From Pseudomonadota bacterium (GTDB lineage Bacteria > Pseudomonadota > Alphaproteobacteria > Sphingomonadales > Sphingomonadaceae), in NCBI GenBank assembly GCA_023423655.1, contig JAFAFE010000005.1, positions 72,058-136,057 on the forward strand: a stretch of 64,000 bases of DNA, given 5' to 3'. The notes beneath the pieces were generated by a model. That model saw only the letters and a list, made by a program, of their open reading frames with translations, was not told the origin of the DNA and did no database searches. The position numbers and the translations under genes are program-made. Shown one piece after another: positions 10,078 through 19,371 of the stretch; positions within the stretch are counted from its first letter, which is position 1; each line of letters begins with the position of its first letter.

Positions 10078-12191
10078 GCGGCGTCCTGCGTATCAAAATT
10101 ATCGGGCATAAGAAGCGATTGGTCATCGGCAGCGGGCGGGAGGGTGAGGCGGAACAGGCTGCCTTCCCCGACGCGGCTTTCAACGCCAAGGCTTCCGCCC
10201 ATGGCAGCGGCGAGCGCGCGCGCTTCAAATGCGCCAATGCCAAAGCCGCCTTCCTTGGTGGAGTGGAATGGTTTGAACAATTCGTTGCGGATGAAGTCGG
10301 GCGTCATCCCTGTGCCGCGATCCATCACCTCGATAATCGCATCCTCATTATGGCGGCGCACGATAATCTGGATAGGTTCGCTCGCCGGACTGGCTTCAAT
10401 CGCATTTTGCGTGAGATGGAGCAGGATTTGCTCCAGCCGCGCCGGATCGACCATCGCCTTAACCTCGTCCTGCACGCCGACCACAATCGGATGCTGACCG
10501 CGCTTGGTGCGCGCCAATTCTTCGGCAAACGCGCCCAGAGCCACCGGCTGCGGCTCGTCGGGCCGCGCGCGGTTGTGCTGCGAAAGGCGCGCGAGCAGGT
10601 CATTCATCCGGCTCACCGAAAATTGCAGCGTTTCAATCATATCGGCGCGGAATTCGGGATTGTCGGCATGGCGTTCGGCATTGCGCGCAACAAGGCTCAA
10701 CTGGCTCACCAGATTTTTAATATCGTGGATGATGAAGGCGAAGCGGCGGTTAAATTCTTCAAAGCGCCGCGCTTCGGATAGAGCCTCCTGCCCCTGCGAT
10801 TCCGCAAGATAGCTTGCCACTTGCCGCCCGACGATGCGCAGCAGGTCGAAATCTTCCCAATCGAGCGTGCGGTCGAGCGCGGGCCGTTCGAGCAGAACCA
10901 TCCCCGCCACCCGGTCAAAATGGACGAGCGGGACACCGACCCAGACGCGGCGCTCTTCGATCATCCATACGGGCATTGCGGCGCGTTCGGCATCATCGCT
11001 GGGCGCTTTGCGCAGCGCATCAAAGTCGATGATGCGCGCATTATCCTGTAAATGGAGATAGGTTTTAATATCGGCGGCGACCGGCGGCACGTCGATATTC
11101 TTGGCCTTCCACCGGCTTTCCAGCACCAGCGCGCCGCCTTCATCGGGGAGCAATAGCAGGCCGCCGGGCGATTCGGTAATATCCGCAATCGCCTTGATAA
11201 TGCGCGCGTTGAACGGCTCCGAACTGTCTCCCGGCTTTCCGATGGTCCGTGTAAAGCGCATCCATTCATTGCGGTAATCATAGCGGTGCTGGAAGAAATG
11301 TTTGGACACTTGCACCCGCAACATCGCGCGGAAACGCGACGATGGCAGGAACACGACGATGAAGGCAAAGGCGATGCCGAGAAACGCCTTTTGCATGATC
11401 GCGCCATAATCGCCGCCAATCATGCGCAGCGCTGCTGCAATCAGCACCATGCCCATCAAATAAGCGCCGATGGCCATCAGTGACAGCGTCTGGAAGGTCA
11501 CGGTGCGCGACAAGCGGATCGTCGCATTGCCGCGCTTGACCAGCACCGCCATGAACAAAGGCAACAGCAACAGGCTGAGCGCCGGGCGCAGCTCGATTAG
11601 CGCATTGGCCGGCTCGCCCGCCAGATAGGTGATGGTATAAAGATTAAGGTCATAGCCCCACATCGCGGTCAGCGCGGCCATATAGGGCGCGACCAGATGG
11701 CGGGAATCGGGCGCGGTCACGGTGTAAAGATTGTGGACCAGCACCAAGCTGCCAATCGTCATCACCATTTGCAGGACAAGCCGCGCGGTACCGATCAGTT
11801 CGGGCGACCGGATTGCCACAATATTGCCGACTATCGCCAAATCGAGCATCGCAATCAGAAAAGCGATGATGGCGAGCGCGGCATAAACCGACAACAGGCC
11901 CCGGCTTTGCAATTCTATTTTGGCGCGGCGCAGCAGCACATACATGAAGCCCAGCCAAGCGGTATTCCTGATATTCTCCAATATCAGGGCTTCATAACCG
12001 GTCGCGCCACCGAACGCTGAAGCCCATAGCCATAGCGATGTAACCGCAAGCGCCGCCGCCAGCACCGCCCGCTGGGTCGCCAAACCCCGCAACGGGTGCA
12101 GCACCCACAAAAACAGCGCACAAAAGCCAGAGGCTGCAACAATTGCGCCCCAATGCTCTATCGCTGTCAAAAGATGATCCGCCCCCTGCAT
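10074..12191 (-). CDS. prsK: Polytopic membrane sensor histidine kinase (PrsK type)
   Basis: About 300 aa of hydrophobic helices, a central GAF-like region, an H-box (FIIHDIKNLVSQL) and an ATPase region (LTQNAIEA, DRGTGM, GGFGIGAFEARALA). It is paired with a sigma-54 response regulator and follows a sugar-transferase gene. Confidence 0.8.
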   Translation of the reverse strand: MQGADHLLTAIEHWGAIVAASGFCALFLWVLHPLRGLATQRAVLAAALAVTSLWLWASAFGGATGYEALILENIRNTAWLGFMYVLLRRAKIELQSRGLLSVYAALAIIAFLIAMLDLAIVGNIVAIRSPELIGTARLVLQMVMTIGSLVLVHNLYTVTAPDSRHLVAPYMAALTAMWGYDLNLYTITYLAGEPANALIELRPALSLLLLPLFMAVLVKRGNATIRLSRTVTFQTLSLMAIGAYLMGMVLIAAALRMIGGDYGAIMQKAFLGIAFAFIVVFLPSSRFRAMLRVQVSKHFFQHRYDYRNEWMRFTRTIGKPGDSSEPFNARIIKAIADITESPGGLLLLPDEGGALVLESRWKAKNIDVPPVAADIKTYLHLQDNARIIDFDALRKAPSDDAERAAMPVWMIEERRVWVGVPLVHFDRVAGMVLLERPALDRTLDWEDFDLLRIVGRQVASYLAESQGQEALSEARRFEEFNRRFAFIIHDIKNLVSQLSLVARNAERHADNPEFRADMIETLQFSVSRMNDLLARLSQHNRARPDEPQPVALGAFAEELARTKRGQHPIVVGVQDEVKAMVDPARLEQILLHLTQNAIEASPASEPIQIIVRRHNEDAIIEVMDRGTGMTPDFIRNELFKPFHSTKEGGFGIGAFEARALAAAMGGSLGVESRVGEGSLFRLTLPPAADDQSLLMPDNFDTQDAA

Positions 12192-12193
12192 GA

Positions 12194-13582
12194 TCAGCGC
12201 GCCCCGTCCGGCCAGAGCAATACGCGCAATGTCTGCAAAATAATCAGCAGGTCCAGAAACGGCGTGTAATTTTTGGCATAATAAAGATCATATTCCAGCT
12301 TCTGCCGCGCATCGTCGATGGACGCACCATAAGGATAGTTGATCTGCGCCCAGCCAGTGAGGCCGGGTTTTACCATATGGCGTTCGGCATAATAGCGGAT
12401 TTGCTGTTCCAGTTCGGACACAAATTCGGGCCGTTCGGGGCGCGGCCCGACAAAGCTCATTTCGCCTTTCAACACGCACCAGATTTGCGGCAACTCGTCG
12501 ATCCGCAGCTTGCGGATGACCTGTCCCACACGGGTCACGCGTGGGTCATGTTTGGCCGCCCAGATCGCCTTGCCGCCCGCTTCGGCATCGGTACGCATCG
12601 AGCGTAATTTGATAATATTATAGGGGACGCCATATAGCCCCACGCGCTCTTGCCGGTAGAAAGCAGGCCCCTTGCTGTCGAGCTTCACAATGATCGCAAA
12701 CAGGATGATGACCGGAAAGGTCAGCGCAAGCACGATAAGGCTCGCGACAATGTCGAAGATACGCTTGGCAAAGGTCGAAATCCGTTGCCCTGCGGTAAAA
12801 CCGTCCGAAAAAATCAGCCAGCTCGGATTGACGGTATCGAGGTCGACGCGGCCGGTTTCGCGTTCAAGAAAGCTGGAAATTTCATTGACATGCACACCGG
12901 TTGTCTTGATCCGCAACAGGTCGGAGAGTGGCAGGGCATTGCGCCTTTCTTCGAGCGCCAGCACGACCTCGCTCGCCCCCAAGCGCACGACATGGTCGGA
13001 CAGGCTGTCAATCGCATCGCGGCGCACCGCTTCGCCGACTATTTGTTCGCCATCGGTCATCGCGACATAGCCGACCACCGAAAAGCCACTCTCTTTGCGC
13101 TTCGACAATGTTTTGATGCGGTCGGCGCGCGCGCCCGCACCCAGCACCAAAATCCGCCGCCGGAAGGATTCGCCGCCAAGCAAACGCCCCAGCAGCAAAC
13201 GCACGAGCAGCAGCGCAATAATCGCAAAGACCATCGCATAGAGCGAGTTTGACCGCCACAAGGTAGTCCCCGGCAAAATGAAGTTCATCACCGACAGGAA
13301 GATGACGCCCAGGGAGATAGCGGTAAGCAGGCGCGCCGTTGCAAAGCGCATCGACTGGAAGGCTTCGGCGCTATACACCCCCACCGCAATCATCGCGAGT
13401 TGCAGGGCCAGCGCGAAACTCAGCAAAGGCGCAACACGCTCGCTGACCGCTCCGACGCTCATGCCAATCTGCTGCGCGCGCACAATCCACGCCAATTCCC
13501 CCGCGCCGATCAGCGCCAGAAAATCGAGCAAGGCGAGCAGCAATACGCCATGCGGAATATAATGTTTAAACAGCCGGAACAT
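12194..13582 (-). CDS. Exopolysaccharide-priming polyprenyl glycosylphosphotransferase (bacterial sugar transferase family)
   Basis: N-terminal TM helices and a C-terminal catalytic motif: [12 protein letters not shown]...[41 protein letters not shown]. Confidence 0.85.
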   Translation of the reverse strand: MFRLFKHYIPHGVLLLALLDFLALIGAGELAWIVRAQQIGMSVGAVSERVAPLLSFALALQLAMIAVGVYSAEAFQSMRFATARLLTAISLGVIFLSVMNFILPGTTLWRSNSLYAMVFAIIALLLVRLLLGRLLGGESFRRRILVLGAGARADRIKTLSKRKESGFSVVGYVAMTDGEQIVGEAVRRDAIDSLSDHVVRLGASEVVLALEERRNALPLSDLLRIKTTGVHVNEISSFLERETGRVDLDTVNPSWLIFSDGFTAGQRISTFAKRIFDIVASLIVLALTFPVIILFAIIVKLDSKGPAFYRQERVGLYGVPYNIIKLRSMRTDAEAGGKAIWAAKHDPRVTRVGQVIRKLRIDELPQIWCVLKGEMSFVGPRPERPEFVSELEQQIRYYAERHMVKPGLTGWAQINYPYGASIDDARQKLEYDLYYAKNYTPFLDLLIILQTLRVLLWPDGAR

Positions 13583-13764
13583 ATTTCAGCGGACCCGTTA
13601 TCCTTTTTTCCTGTCGTTCAATCTTCGCCTTTGCGCACGTCCTAACACTGACCCATGTCAATTTCGTAAAGATATCCGACAGTGGTAAAGTGTCGATTGC
13701 TTTTACAAAAGCATTAATCAATTTATGGTTAAAGGTCAGCATCCAGGCTGTAACCGGAAAGACA

Positions 13765-14829
13765 ATGATGAGCCTTGCCCCCCTATCCTCGCCCCAGCGT
13801 ATCACGCCGGTCATATTGTCGGGCGGCGCGGGCACGCGGCTATGGCCGGCATCGCGCGCGGACAAACCGAAGCAATTTCTGTGCCTTACCGACGATCAGC
13901 AATCCATGCTGCAATTGACCGCCGCCCGATGTGCAGACACCAACCGTTTCCTGCCGCCGCTGATTGTAACAGGCCATGACCACCTTCCATTGATTGCCGA
14001 CCAATTGGCGGTGCTTGCCGGCTATCGCATTGTGGCCGAGCCGATGGGGCGGAACACTGCGCCCGCGCTGGTTCTGGCTGCGCTTGCACTTGCCAATGAT
14101 GATGACCTGATGCTCGTCATGCCGAGCGACCATGCGATTGCCGATGAGGCCGCGTTCCAGCGCGCCATCGACAAAGCCGTCCCGCTCGCGCGCAACGGGC
14201 AATTGGTGACATTCGGCATCGAGCCGACCCATGCCGAAACCGGCTATGGCTATATCGAAGCAGGCGCAGCCCTTGGCGACGGCTTCCAAGTCGCGCGTTT
14301 TGTCGAAAAGCCTATCAAGGCCAAAGCCGAAGAAATGCTCGCGGCAGGGGGATTCCTATGGAATGCCGGATTATTCCTATTTTCGCGCCGCGCGCTTCTG
14401 GATGCCGTCGAGCAATTTGAACCCGCCATTATCGCTGCCTGTCGTAATGCGATGGCCGCCGCGCGCACCGACGGCAATATCCTTTCCCCCGACGCCGATG
14501 CCTTTGCGCAAAGCCCCGCCATTTCCATCGACTATGCGGTGATGGAGCGCGCGGATAATGTCGCGGTGGTGCCGGTCGATATGGGCTGGTCGGATATCGG
14601 AAGCTGGCAGGCTCTTCATGACCGTGCAGCGCAGGATGCGGATGGCAATGCGCTGTCGGGCGATGTGCTGATGGTCGACGCGGCGCATAATCTGGTGCGC
14701 GCAGACGGCAAGCGCGTGTCGATCATCGGGCTGGAAGGCTATGCGGTGATTGTCGAGGGCGATGATATTGTCATCACCCCGCTCGCCCGCGCGCAAGATG
14801 TGCGCCAACTGGCCGAAAAGCGGCGCTAG
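13765..14829 (+). CDS. Mannose-1-phosphate guanylyltransferase (nucleotidyltransferase part only)
   Basis: ORF 13690..14829; ATG at 13765. Motifs: PVILSGGAGTRLWPASR and ETGYGYIE. Confidence 0.85.
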   Translation: MMSLAPLSSPQRITPVILSGGAGTRLWPASRADKPKQFLCLTDDQQSMLQLTAARCADTNRFLPPLIVTGHDHLPLIADQLAVLAGYRIVAEPMGRNTAPALVLAALALANDDDLMLVMPSDHAIADEAAFQRAIDKAVPLARNGQLVTFGIEPTHAETGYGYIEAGAALGDGFQVARFVEKPIKAKAEEMLAAGGFLWNAGLFLFSRRALLDAVEQFEPAIIAACRNAMAAARTDGNILSPDADAFAQSPAISIDYAVMERADNVAVVPVDMGWSDIGSWQALHDRAAQDADGNALSGDVLMVDAAHNLVRADGKRVSIIGLEGYAVIVEGDDIVITPLARAQDVRQLAEKRR

Positions 14830-14838
14830 CTCTCGCGC

Positions 14839-16227
14839 TCAATCGCCTGCAAAATGATACGCATTGATCGTGCGTTCGCGTTCATTGAACAATAAAGTGC
14901 GGCCCGCAGGCGGCGCGGAGCGTTGGCTGCAATCAGGGCGCATACAGGCGATGCAGCCCAGCCCCACCGGCACCACGCGCGTGCCGGTCACGCCCCTTTC
15001 CCCGCGTACCGACAGGCTGGAGGCAAAGCGCGCTTCGACCCCCACAGCGACCGCAAATCGCGCCGGATGCTGCGTGCCATAAGTCGGTCCTTCGACCGTG
15101 CGCGAAAAGGTCAGCCATTGACTGCCATCTTCCAGTTCGACCAGATCATGCAGCAATTCGGCAGGCCGCGCGAACGCGCCATGGATATTCCATAACGGGC
15201 ATCGCTGCGCCGACGCGACGAGCGGCGATCCGCTCGCCCCCGCATAGCGTTTGGACGTCTGCCCCGCCCTGTCGATACGCATCATGAAGAAAGGAAGCCC
15301 GCGCGCACCGACGCGCTGCAAGGTGGTAAGCCGGTGCGCGACCTGTTCAAACCCCGCGCCAAAGCGGCGCTGCAACAGGATGAGGTCATAGCCGGTCGCC
15401 TCGCACGCCCGCAAAAAACGCGCATAAGGCATGATGAGCGCGGCGGCGAAATAGCTGAACAAATGGCGCCGCAACAGCCGTTCCGCCGCCCGGTCGGGAA
15501 GATTGGCACCGGCAACCAGCGCATCCACTTCGCCGCGCGCTTCCAACTGCGCCAATTGGGTTGCAGCCTGAAAAGTGCGCGAGGCCGGTTCGAGCATCTC
15601 CGAAAGCTGGAGCTGGCGCGCGTGGAGATCGAGCCGCCGCAGCCGGTCGGGCATCACATCGACGGGGAGGATGCGGATGGCAAGCTGGTGGCGTGCGCGC
15701 AGCCGCTCGCTGATCGCGCCATAAAGGTCCGCCGACCCCAGCCGCAATTCGTCCGCCAAGGCTTCGGCCTGCGCATCAAGATCGGCGAAATGGTTTTTCC
15801 ACCGTTCAATCTCCTGCCGCACCAGCCGCACCGCAAGCGGTTCTGCGTCCGGAACGCCGTTGTCCTGCCCTGCCCCGCCTTCGGCAAGGCGCAATATTGC
15901 CGCCGCAATGCCGGGGGCTTGTTCGGCCAGTTCGGAGATTTCGCTCGCGACAATATCAAGGTCGGCAAAGTCGGAATGGCCGAACAGGCGTTTGAGCGCA
16001 CTGGTCTGTTCCCCGCGCGTGTCGCCTGCAAAATCGCGCGGGTCAATGTCGAACCGTTCGGCAATGCGCAGCAATATCGCTGCGCTGACGGGCCGCTGGT
16101 TATGCTCGATAAGGTTCAGATAGCTTGAGGAAATATCCAGCGTTTCGGCCATCGACACTTGGGTCAGGCTATGATTGCGCCGCAACCGCCGCAACGACGC
16201 TCCTGCAAAAATCTTCCGCTCTGCCAT
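14839..16227 (-). CDS. XRE-family HTH regulator fused to an ImmA/IrrE-like domain (RamB / short-chain acyl-CoA regulator type)
   Basis: N-terminal HTH: LTQVSMAETLDISSSYLNLIEHNQRPVS, followed by a long C-terminal domain. It is divergent from the isocitrate lyase gene. Confidence 0.75.
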   Translation of the reverse strand: MAERKIFAGASLRRLRRNHSLTQVSMAETLDISSSYLNLIEHNQRPVSAAILLRIAERFDIDPRDFAGDTRGEQTSALKRLFGHSDFADLDIVASEISELAEQAPGIAAAILRLAEGGAGQDNGVPDAEPLAVRLVRQEIERWKNHFADLDAQAEALADELRLGSADLYGAISERLRARHQLAIRILPVDVMPDRLRRLDLHARQLQLSEMLEPASRTFQAATQLAQLEARGEVDALVAGANLPDRAAERLLRRHLFSYFAAALIMPYARFLRACEATGYDLILLQRRFGAGFEQVAHRLTTLQRVGARGLPFFMMRIDRAGQTSKRYAGASGSPLVASAQRCPLWNIHGAFARPAELLHDLVELEDGSQWLTFSRTVEGPTYGTQHPARFAVAVGVEARFASSLSVRGERGVTGTRVVPVGLGCIACMRPDCSQRSAPPAGRTLLFNERERTINAYHFAGD

Positions 16228-16247
16228 CCCGCCACCTTACACCATCT

Positions 16248-16265
16248 TTGTAAAGATATTTACAA
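16248..16265. promoter_or_regulatory. Inverted repeat TTGTAAA-N4-TTTACAA in the regulator/isocitrate-lyase divergent region (candidate operator)
   Basis: Read directly from the sequence. A further TTTACAA lies at 16312-16318. The region is AT-rich and lies between the divergent starts at 16227 and 16395. Confidence 0.4.
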
Positions 16266-16394
16266 TATTACATTCTTATATGCACATTATCTGCCAATTC
16301 CACTAAATATTTTTACAAAAATGGCGCACAGCGAAAAGCGCAGGGCTACACCAACACCAAGACAAACAGATTCTTTGGTGAAGGGGCCAAAATC

Positions 16395-17987
16395 ATGAGC
16401 TATAGTGAAGACATCTCCAAGGCTACGGCCGTCATCACCGGTAACGGCAAGCCGTGGGACGCGATTTCGGGTGAAAATATTGCCCGTATGCGCGCGCAGA
16501 ACCGTTTCAAATCGGGCGTCGATATTGCGCGTTACACCGCCAAGATCATGCGCGACGATATGGCCGCTTATGATGCCGACCCCGCCAATTACACGCAATC
16601 CTTGGGCTGCTGGCACGGGTTCATCGCGCAGCAAAAGCTGATTTCGATCAAGAAGCATTTCGGCACCACCAAAGGCCGCTATATCTATCTGTCGGGATGG
16701 ATGATTGCCGCGCTGCGCAGCGAATTCGGTCCGCTGCCCGACCAGTCGATGCACGAAAAAACCAGCGTTCCGGCGCTGATCGAGGAAATCTACACTTTCT
16801 TAAAGCAAGCCGATGCGCGCGAACTGGGCGGCCTGTTCCGCGAACTTGATGCGGCGCGCGATGCGGGCGACGAGGTCAAGGCCAAGCAGGTCCAGCATCA
16901 AATCGACAATTTCGAAACCCATGTCGTTCCGATCATCGCCGATATTGATGCAGGGTTCGGCAATGCGGAAGCCACCTATCTTCTCGCCAAGAAGATGATC
17001 GAAGCGGGCGCTTGTGCGCTGCAGATCGAAAACCAAGTGTCGGACGAAAAACAATGCGGTCACCAGGACGGCAAAGTCACGGTTCCGCATGAGGATTTCC
17101 TCGCGAAAATCCGTGCGCTGCGTTACGCTTTCATGGAAATGGGCGTTGAGGATGGCATCATTGTTTCCCGCACCGACAGCCTTGGCGCAGGCCTCACCAA
17201 GCAGATCGCCTTCACCCGCGAGCCCGGCGATATTGGTGACCAGTATAACAGCTTCCTCGATTGCGAAGAGGTGGATGGCGCGGGCAATCCGGGCGATGTC
17301 CTCATCAACCGCGATGGCAAGCTGATGCGTCCCAAGCGCCTGCCTTCGAACCTGTTCCAGTTCCGTGCCGGTTCGGGCGAAGACCGCTGCGTTCTCGATT
17401 GCATCACCTCGCTCCAAAATGGCGCGGACCTGTTGTGGATCGAAACCGAAAAGCCGCATATCGAACAGATTGCGGGCATGGTCGACCGTATCCGCGCGGT
17501 TATCCCGAATGCCAAGCTGGCCTATAATAATTCGCCTTCGTTCAACTGGACGCTGAATTTCCGCCAGCAAGTGTTCGATGCGTGGGAACAGGGCGGCAAG
17601 GATGTGTCGGCTTATGACCGGGCCAAGTTGATGAGCGTCGATTATGACGCCACCCCCTTGGCGCAGGAAGCCGATGACCGCATCCGCACTTTCCAGCGCG
17701 ATGCTGCGGCGCGGGCGGGGATTTTCCACCACCTCATCACGCTCCCGACCTATCATACGGCGGCGCTCTCGACCGATAACCTCGCCAAGGAATATTTCGG
17801 CGACCAAGGGATGCTCGGCTATGTCGAAGGCGTGCAGCGTAAGGAAATCCGCGAGGGCATTGCTTGTGTGAAGCACCAGAATATGTCGGGCAGCGACATT
17901 GGTGATGATCACAAGGAATATTTCTCCGGCGAAGCTGCGCTGAAAGCGGCGGGCAAGGACAATACGATGAACCAATTCGCGGCATAA
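16395..17987 (+). CDS. aceA: Isocitrate lyase (long ~530-aa form)
   Basis: 530-aa ORF with the ICL active-site region ENQVSDEKQCGHQDGKV, an RBS-like GAAGGGG upstream, and the expected divergent regulator. Confidence 0.85.
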   Translation: MSYSEDISKATAVITGNGKPWDAISGENIARMRAQNRFKSGVDIARYTAKIMRDDMAAYDADPANYTQSLGCWHGFIAQQKLISIKKHFGTTKGRYIYLSGWMIAALRSEFGPLPDQSMHEKTSVPALIEEIYTFLKQADARELGGLFRELDAARDAGDEVKAKQVQHQIDNFETHVVPIIADIDAGFGNAEATYLLAKKMIEAGACALQIENQVSDEKQCGHQDGKVTVPHEDFLAKIRALRYAFMEMGVEDGIIVSRTDSLGAGLTKQIAFTREPGDIGDQYNSFLDCEEVDGAGNPGDVLINRDGKLMRPKRLPSNLFQFRAGSGEDRCVLDCITSLQNGADLLWIETEKPHIEQIAGMVDRIRAVIPNAKLAYNNSPSFNWTLNFRQQVFDAWEQGGKDVSAYDRAKLMSVDYDATPLAQEADDRIRTFQRDAAARAGIFHHLITLPTYHTAALSTDNLAKEYFGDQGMLGYVEGVQRKEIREGIACVKHQNMSGSDIGDDHKEYFSGEAALKAAGKDNTMNQFAA

Positions 17988-18019
17988 CGCCGCGGGTGGG
18001 AACCAATTCGCGGCATAAC
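17969..18019 (+). repeat. 20-nt perfect direct repeat (17969-17988 and 18000-18019) that duplicates the last codons and stop of aceA
   Basis: GAACCAATTCGCGGCATAAC occurs twice, 31 bp apart. The flanking CCGCG..TGGG is also similar between the two copies. Confidence 0.9.
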
Positions 18020-18136
18020 ATCCGCGATGGGAGGACCGGCTGGCGCAACGAAGCCAGAGCCAGCCGGTTCCACCGACAAGACTAACGGCCCAGATTACCG
18101 ACCCTGATTACCGATGAAGAAGAAAGGAATATCGTT

Positions 18137-18307
18137 ATGCCAGAGCCAGCACGGTCCCGCGCGGTCCTTTCCACCGCCGATTTTGAATTGCTGCGCACAG
18201 CGGTGCTTCATTATCTGAAAGCCATCGAAGACAAGCCGGAATCGGTGGAATATGCCAATCTTTACCACCGCCTCGGTAGCGCGCTCGGCGCGCCAAAGGG
18301 AAGCTAA
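18137..18307 (+). CDS. Small 56-aa hypothetical protein downstream of aceA
   Basis: Not in the track (<60 aa). ATG follows GAAGAAGAAAGGAAT. Translation: MPEPARSRAVLSTADFELLRTAVLHYLKAIEDKPESVEYANLYHRLGSALGAPKGS. It looks protein-like, whereas the listed antisense ORF 18135..18323 does not. Confidence 0.5.
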   Translation: MPEPARSRAVLSTADFELLRTAVLHYLKAIEDKPESVEYANLYHRLGSALGAPKGS

Positions 18308-18375
18308 GGCCTGAACATTTCAAGATAAACGGCCGGTGGAGCGCCGGGTAAGCGCAAACACCGGAACCGCAACCG

Positions 18376-18431
18376 ATCTTTCCTGGGGAGGAAAGATAGC
18401 CGTCGGAAGGGGAAACCTTTCCGGCGGCTAT
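18376..18431 (+). terminator. Two adjacent stem-loops after the aceA/small-ORF unit. The second is a ~17-bp stem capped by a GAAA tetraloop.
   Basis: ATCTTTCC-TGGGGA-GGAAAGAT (18376-18397), and ATAGCCGTCGGAAGG-GAAA-CCTTTCCGGCGGCTAT (18396-18431) followed by TTC. The U-tract is weak. Confidence 0.35.
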
Positions 18432-18494
18432 TTCATGGGGAGCGAGGAGATGCGGGGCGGAGTATTAGGTCCGATTTGGGACTATTTGTGTGAG

Positions 18495-18509
18495 TGGCAG
18501 ATCGCCTGC
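18495..18509 (+). promoter_or_regulatory. Weak sigma-54-like -24/-12 element (TGGCAG-N6-TGC) inside the ORF-poor spacer
   Basis: GG at 18496-97 and GC at 18508-09 have the canonical 12-nt offset. The match outside GG/GC is poorer than for the two promoters at 22.3/22.5 kb. Confidence 0.25.
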
Positions 18510-18707
18510 CTGCCTGAGTGCGATTATTCCTTCATGCCCATCGGAGCGCGGGCATCCGATGCGGGTCTGATAACGCTAACAGGTGTCGACACCCCTTTAC
18601 AGGCACACAGCTTCAAGCCTTTCGGCGCAAGCCTCCACGCAAAAGCCCCCGCCCCTTCCAAGCGCGCCCACGCCTTCCACGCGCCCGCTCCCCCCCAAAA
18701 CGCAAAC

Positions 18708-18734
18708 GGGCGCTGGATATGAAACCCAGCGCCC
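18708..18734 (-). terminator. Intrinsic-terminator-like hairpin for a minus-strand transcript
   Basis: GGGCGCTGG-N9-CCAGCGCCC forms a perfect 9-bp GC stem. On the minus strand it is followed by GTTTGCGTTTTGGGG. Confidence 0.45.
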
Positions 18735-19332
18735 ACTGCGCTATCGTAAAAATAAGCGGACTTTCTTTGCCCTGAAGGTCAATGCCGTCCGTATTTTCGC
18801 GTCAGCGTCCGGAAAAACATGCGTCCAAACCTCTAAGGCCCAGCCGCCTGCTTCCTATAGGCCATCCGCCCGGTGAGGGGGGACAGCCGGACCTGTTCCG
18901 ATGATATGCTTATGCTTGGCCTTTAGCGGGACGCATCTGCCTCATCACCAACAGGGTGTGACGGTTTTGGATGTCCGGCCATTTTTGCCTAGGTGTTTGG
19001 GCAGCCTGAAAGCAAAAGCGGCGTTCATCCGCGATCATCACATGGTGAATTTTACGGTATCGCAGCCATGCCGTTTCATCGGTCTGCCGATCATCCGGTC
19101 CTCGCGTGAAGCAAGGTCCGGCCATCTTGTGACCGCGAACGGAGGCACGCCTTGGCAACCATTCACCACTCGCCCGTTGCGCCGCACAATCCGGTTTCTG
19201 ATCCCAAGCGCCGGTTTCTCATGGAAAACCATGTGAAATCCGGACCTCGCCGATCATCGCCATTGAGCTTTGCACCGTGTCGATAAGGTCAAGGTGACTC
19301 GCACCACCGAGTCGCGGCAAATGAAAAAATGC

Positions 19333-19371
19333 GATTTATCCACAGGAGTTTCAGTAAATTGTGGATAAGTC
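19333..19371 (-). terminator. Probable nadA terminator; the arms are also perfect DnaA-box 9-mers
   Basis: On the minus strand: GACTTATCCACA-N15-TGTGGATAAATC, then GCATTTTTTCATTT. It lies ~100 nt downstream of the nadA stop. Confidence 0.5.
19336..19368. promoter_or_regulatory. Inverted pair of consensus DnaA boxes (TTATCCACA / TGTGGATAA) separated by 15 nt
   Basis: Read directly: 19336-19344 and 19360-19368. A third 8/9 box, TGTCGATAA, lies at 19278-19286. Confidence 0.4.

Noticed and set aside
16800-17975. Long antisense ORFs opposite well-supported genes: 16800..17975 (aceA), 19981..21150 (nadA/DUF4230), 21168..22133 (MBL), 24387..25280 (cysS), 32419..33933 (putA), 34384..35487 (RNB), 41540..42847 (TonB receptor), 52774..53775, 55761..56765, 57169..58023, 58135..59025.
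   Set aside because: Each lies opposite a gene with clear family motifs. Their translations are Arg/Gly/Ala/His-rich and low-complexity, with no recognisable motifs. This is the usual artefact of high-GC DNA lacking stop codons on the antisense strand.
18910-19158. Minus-strand ORF of 82 aa (or 71 aa from ATG 19125) that would fit between the nadA terminator and the terminator at 18708-18734.
   Set aside because: Neither start has a Shine-Dalgarno sequence, I recognise no family, and an overlapping alternative frame (19038..19232) is equally open. It cannot be supported as a CDS from sequence alone, though it is worth a blastp.
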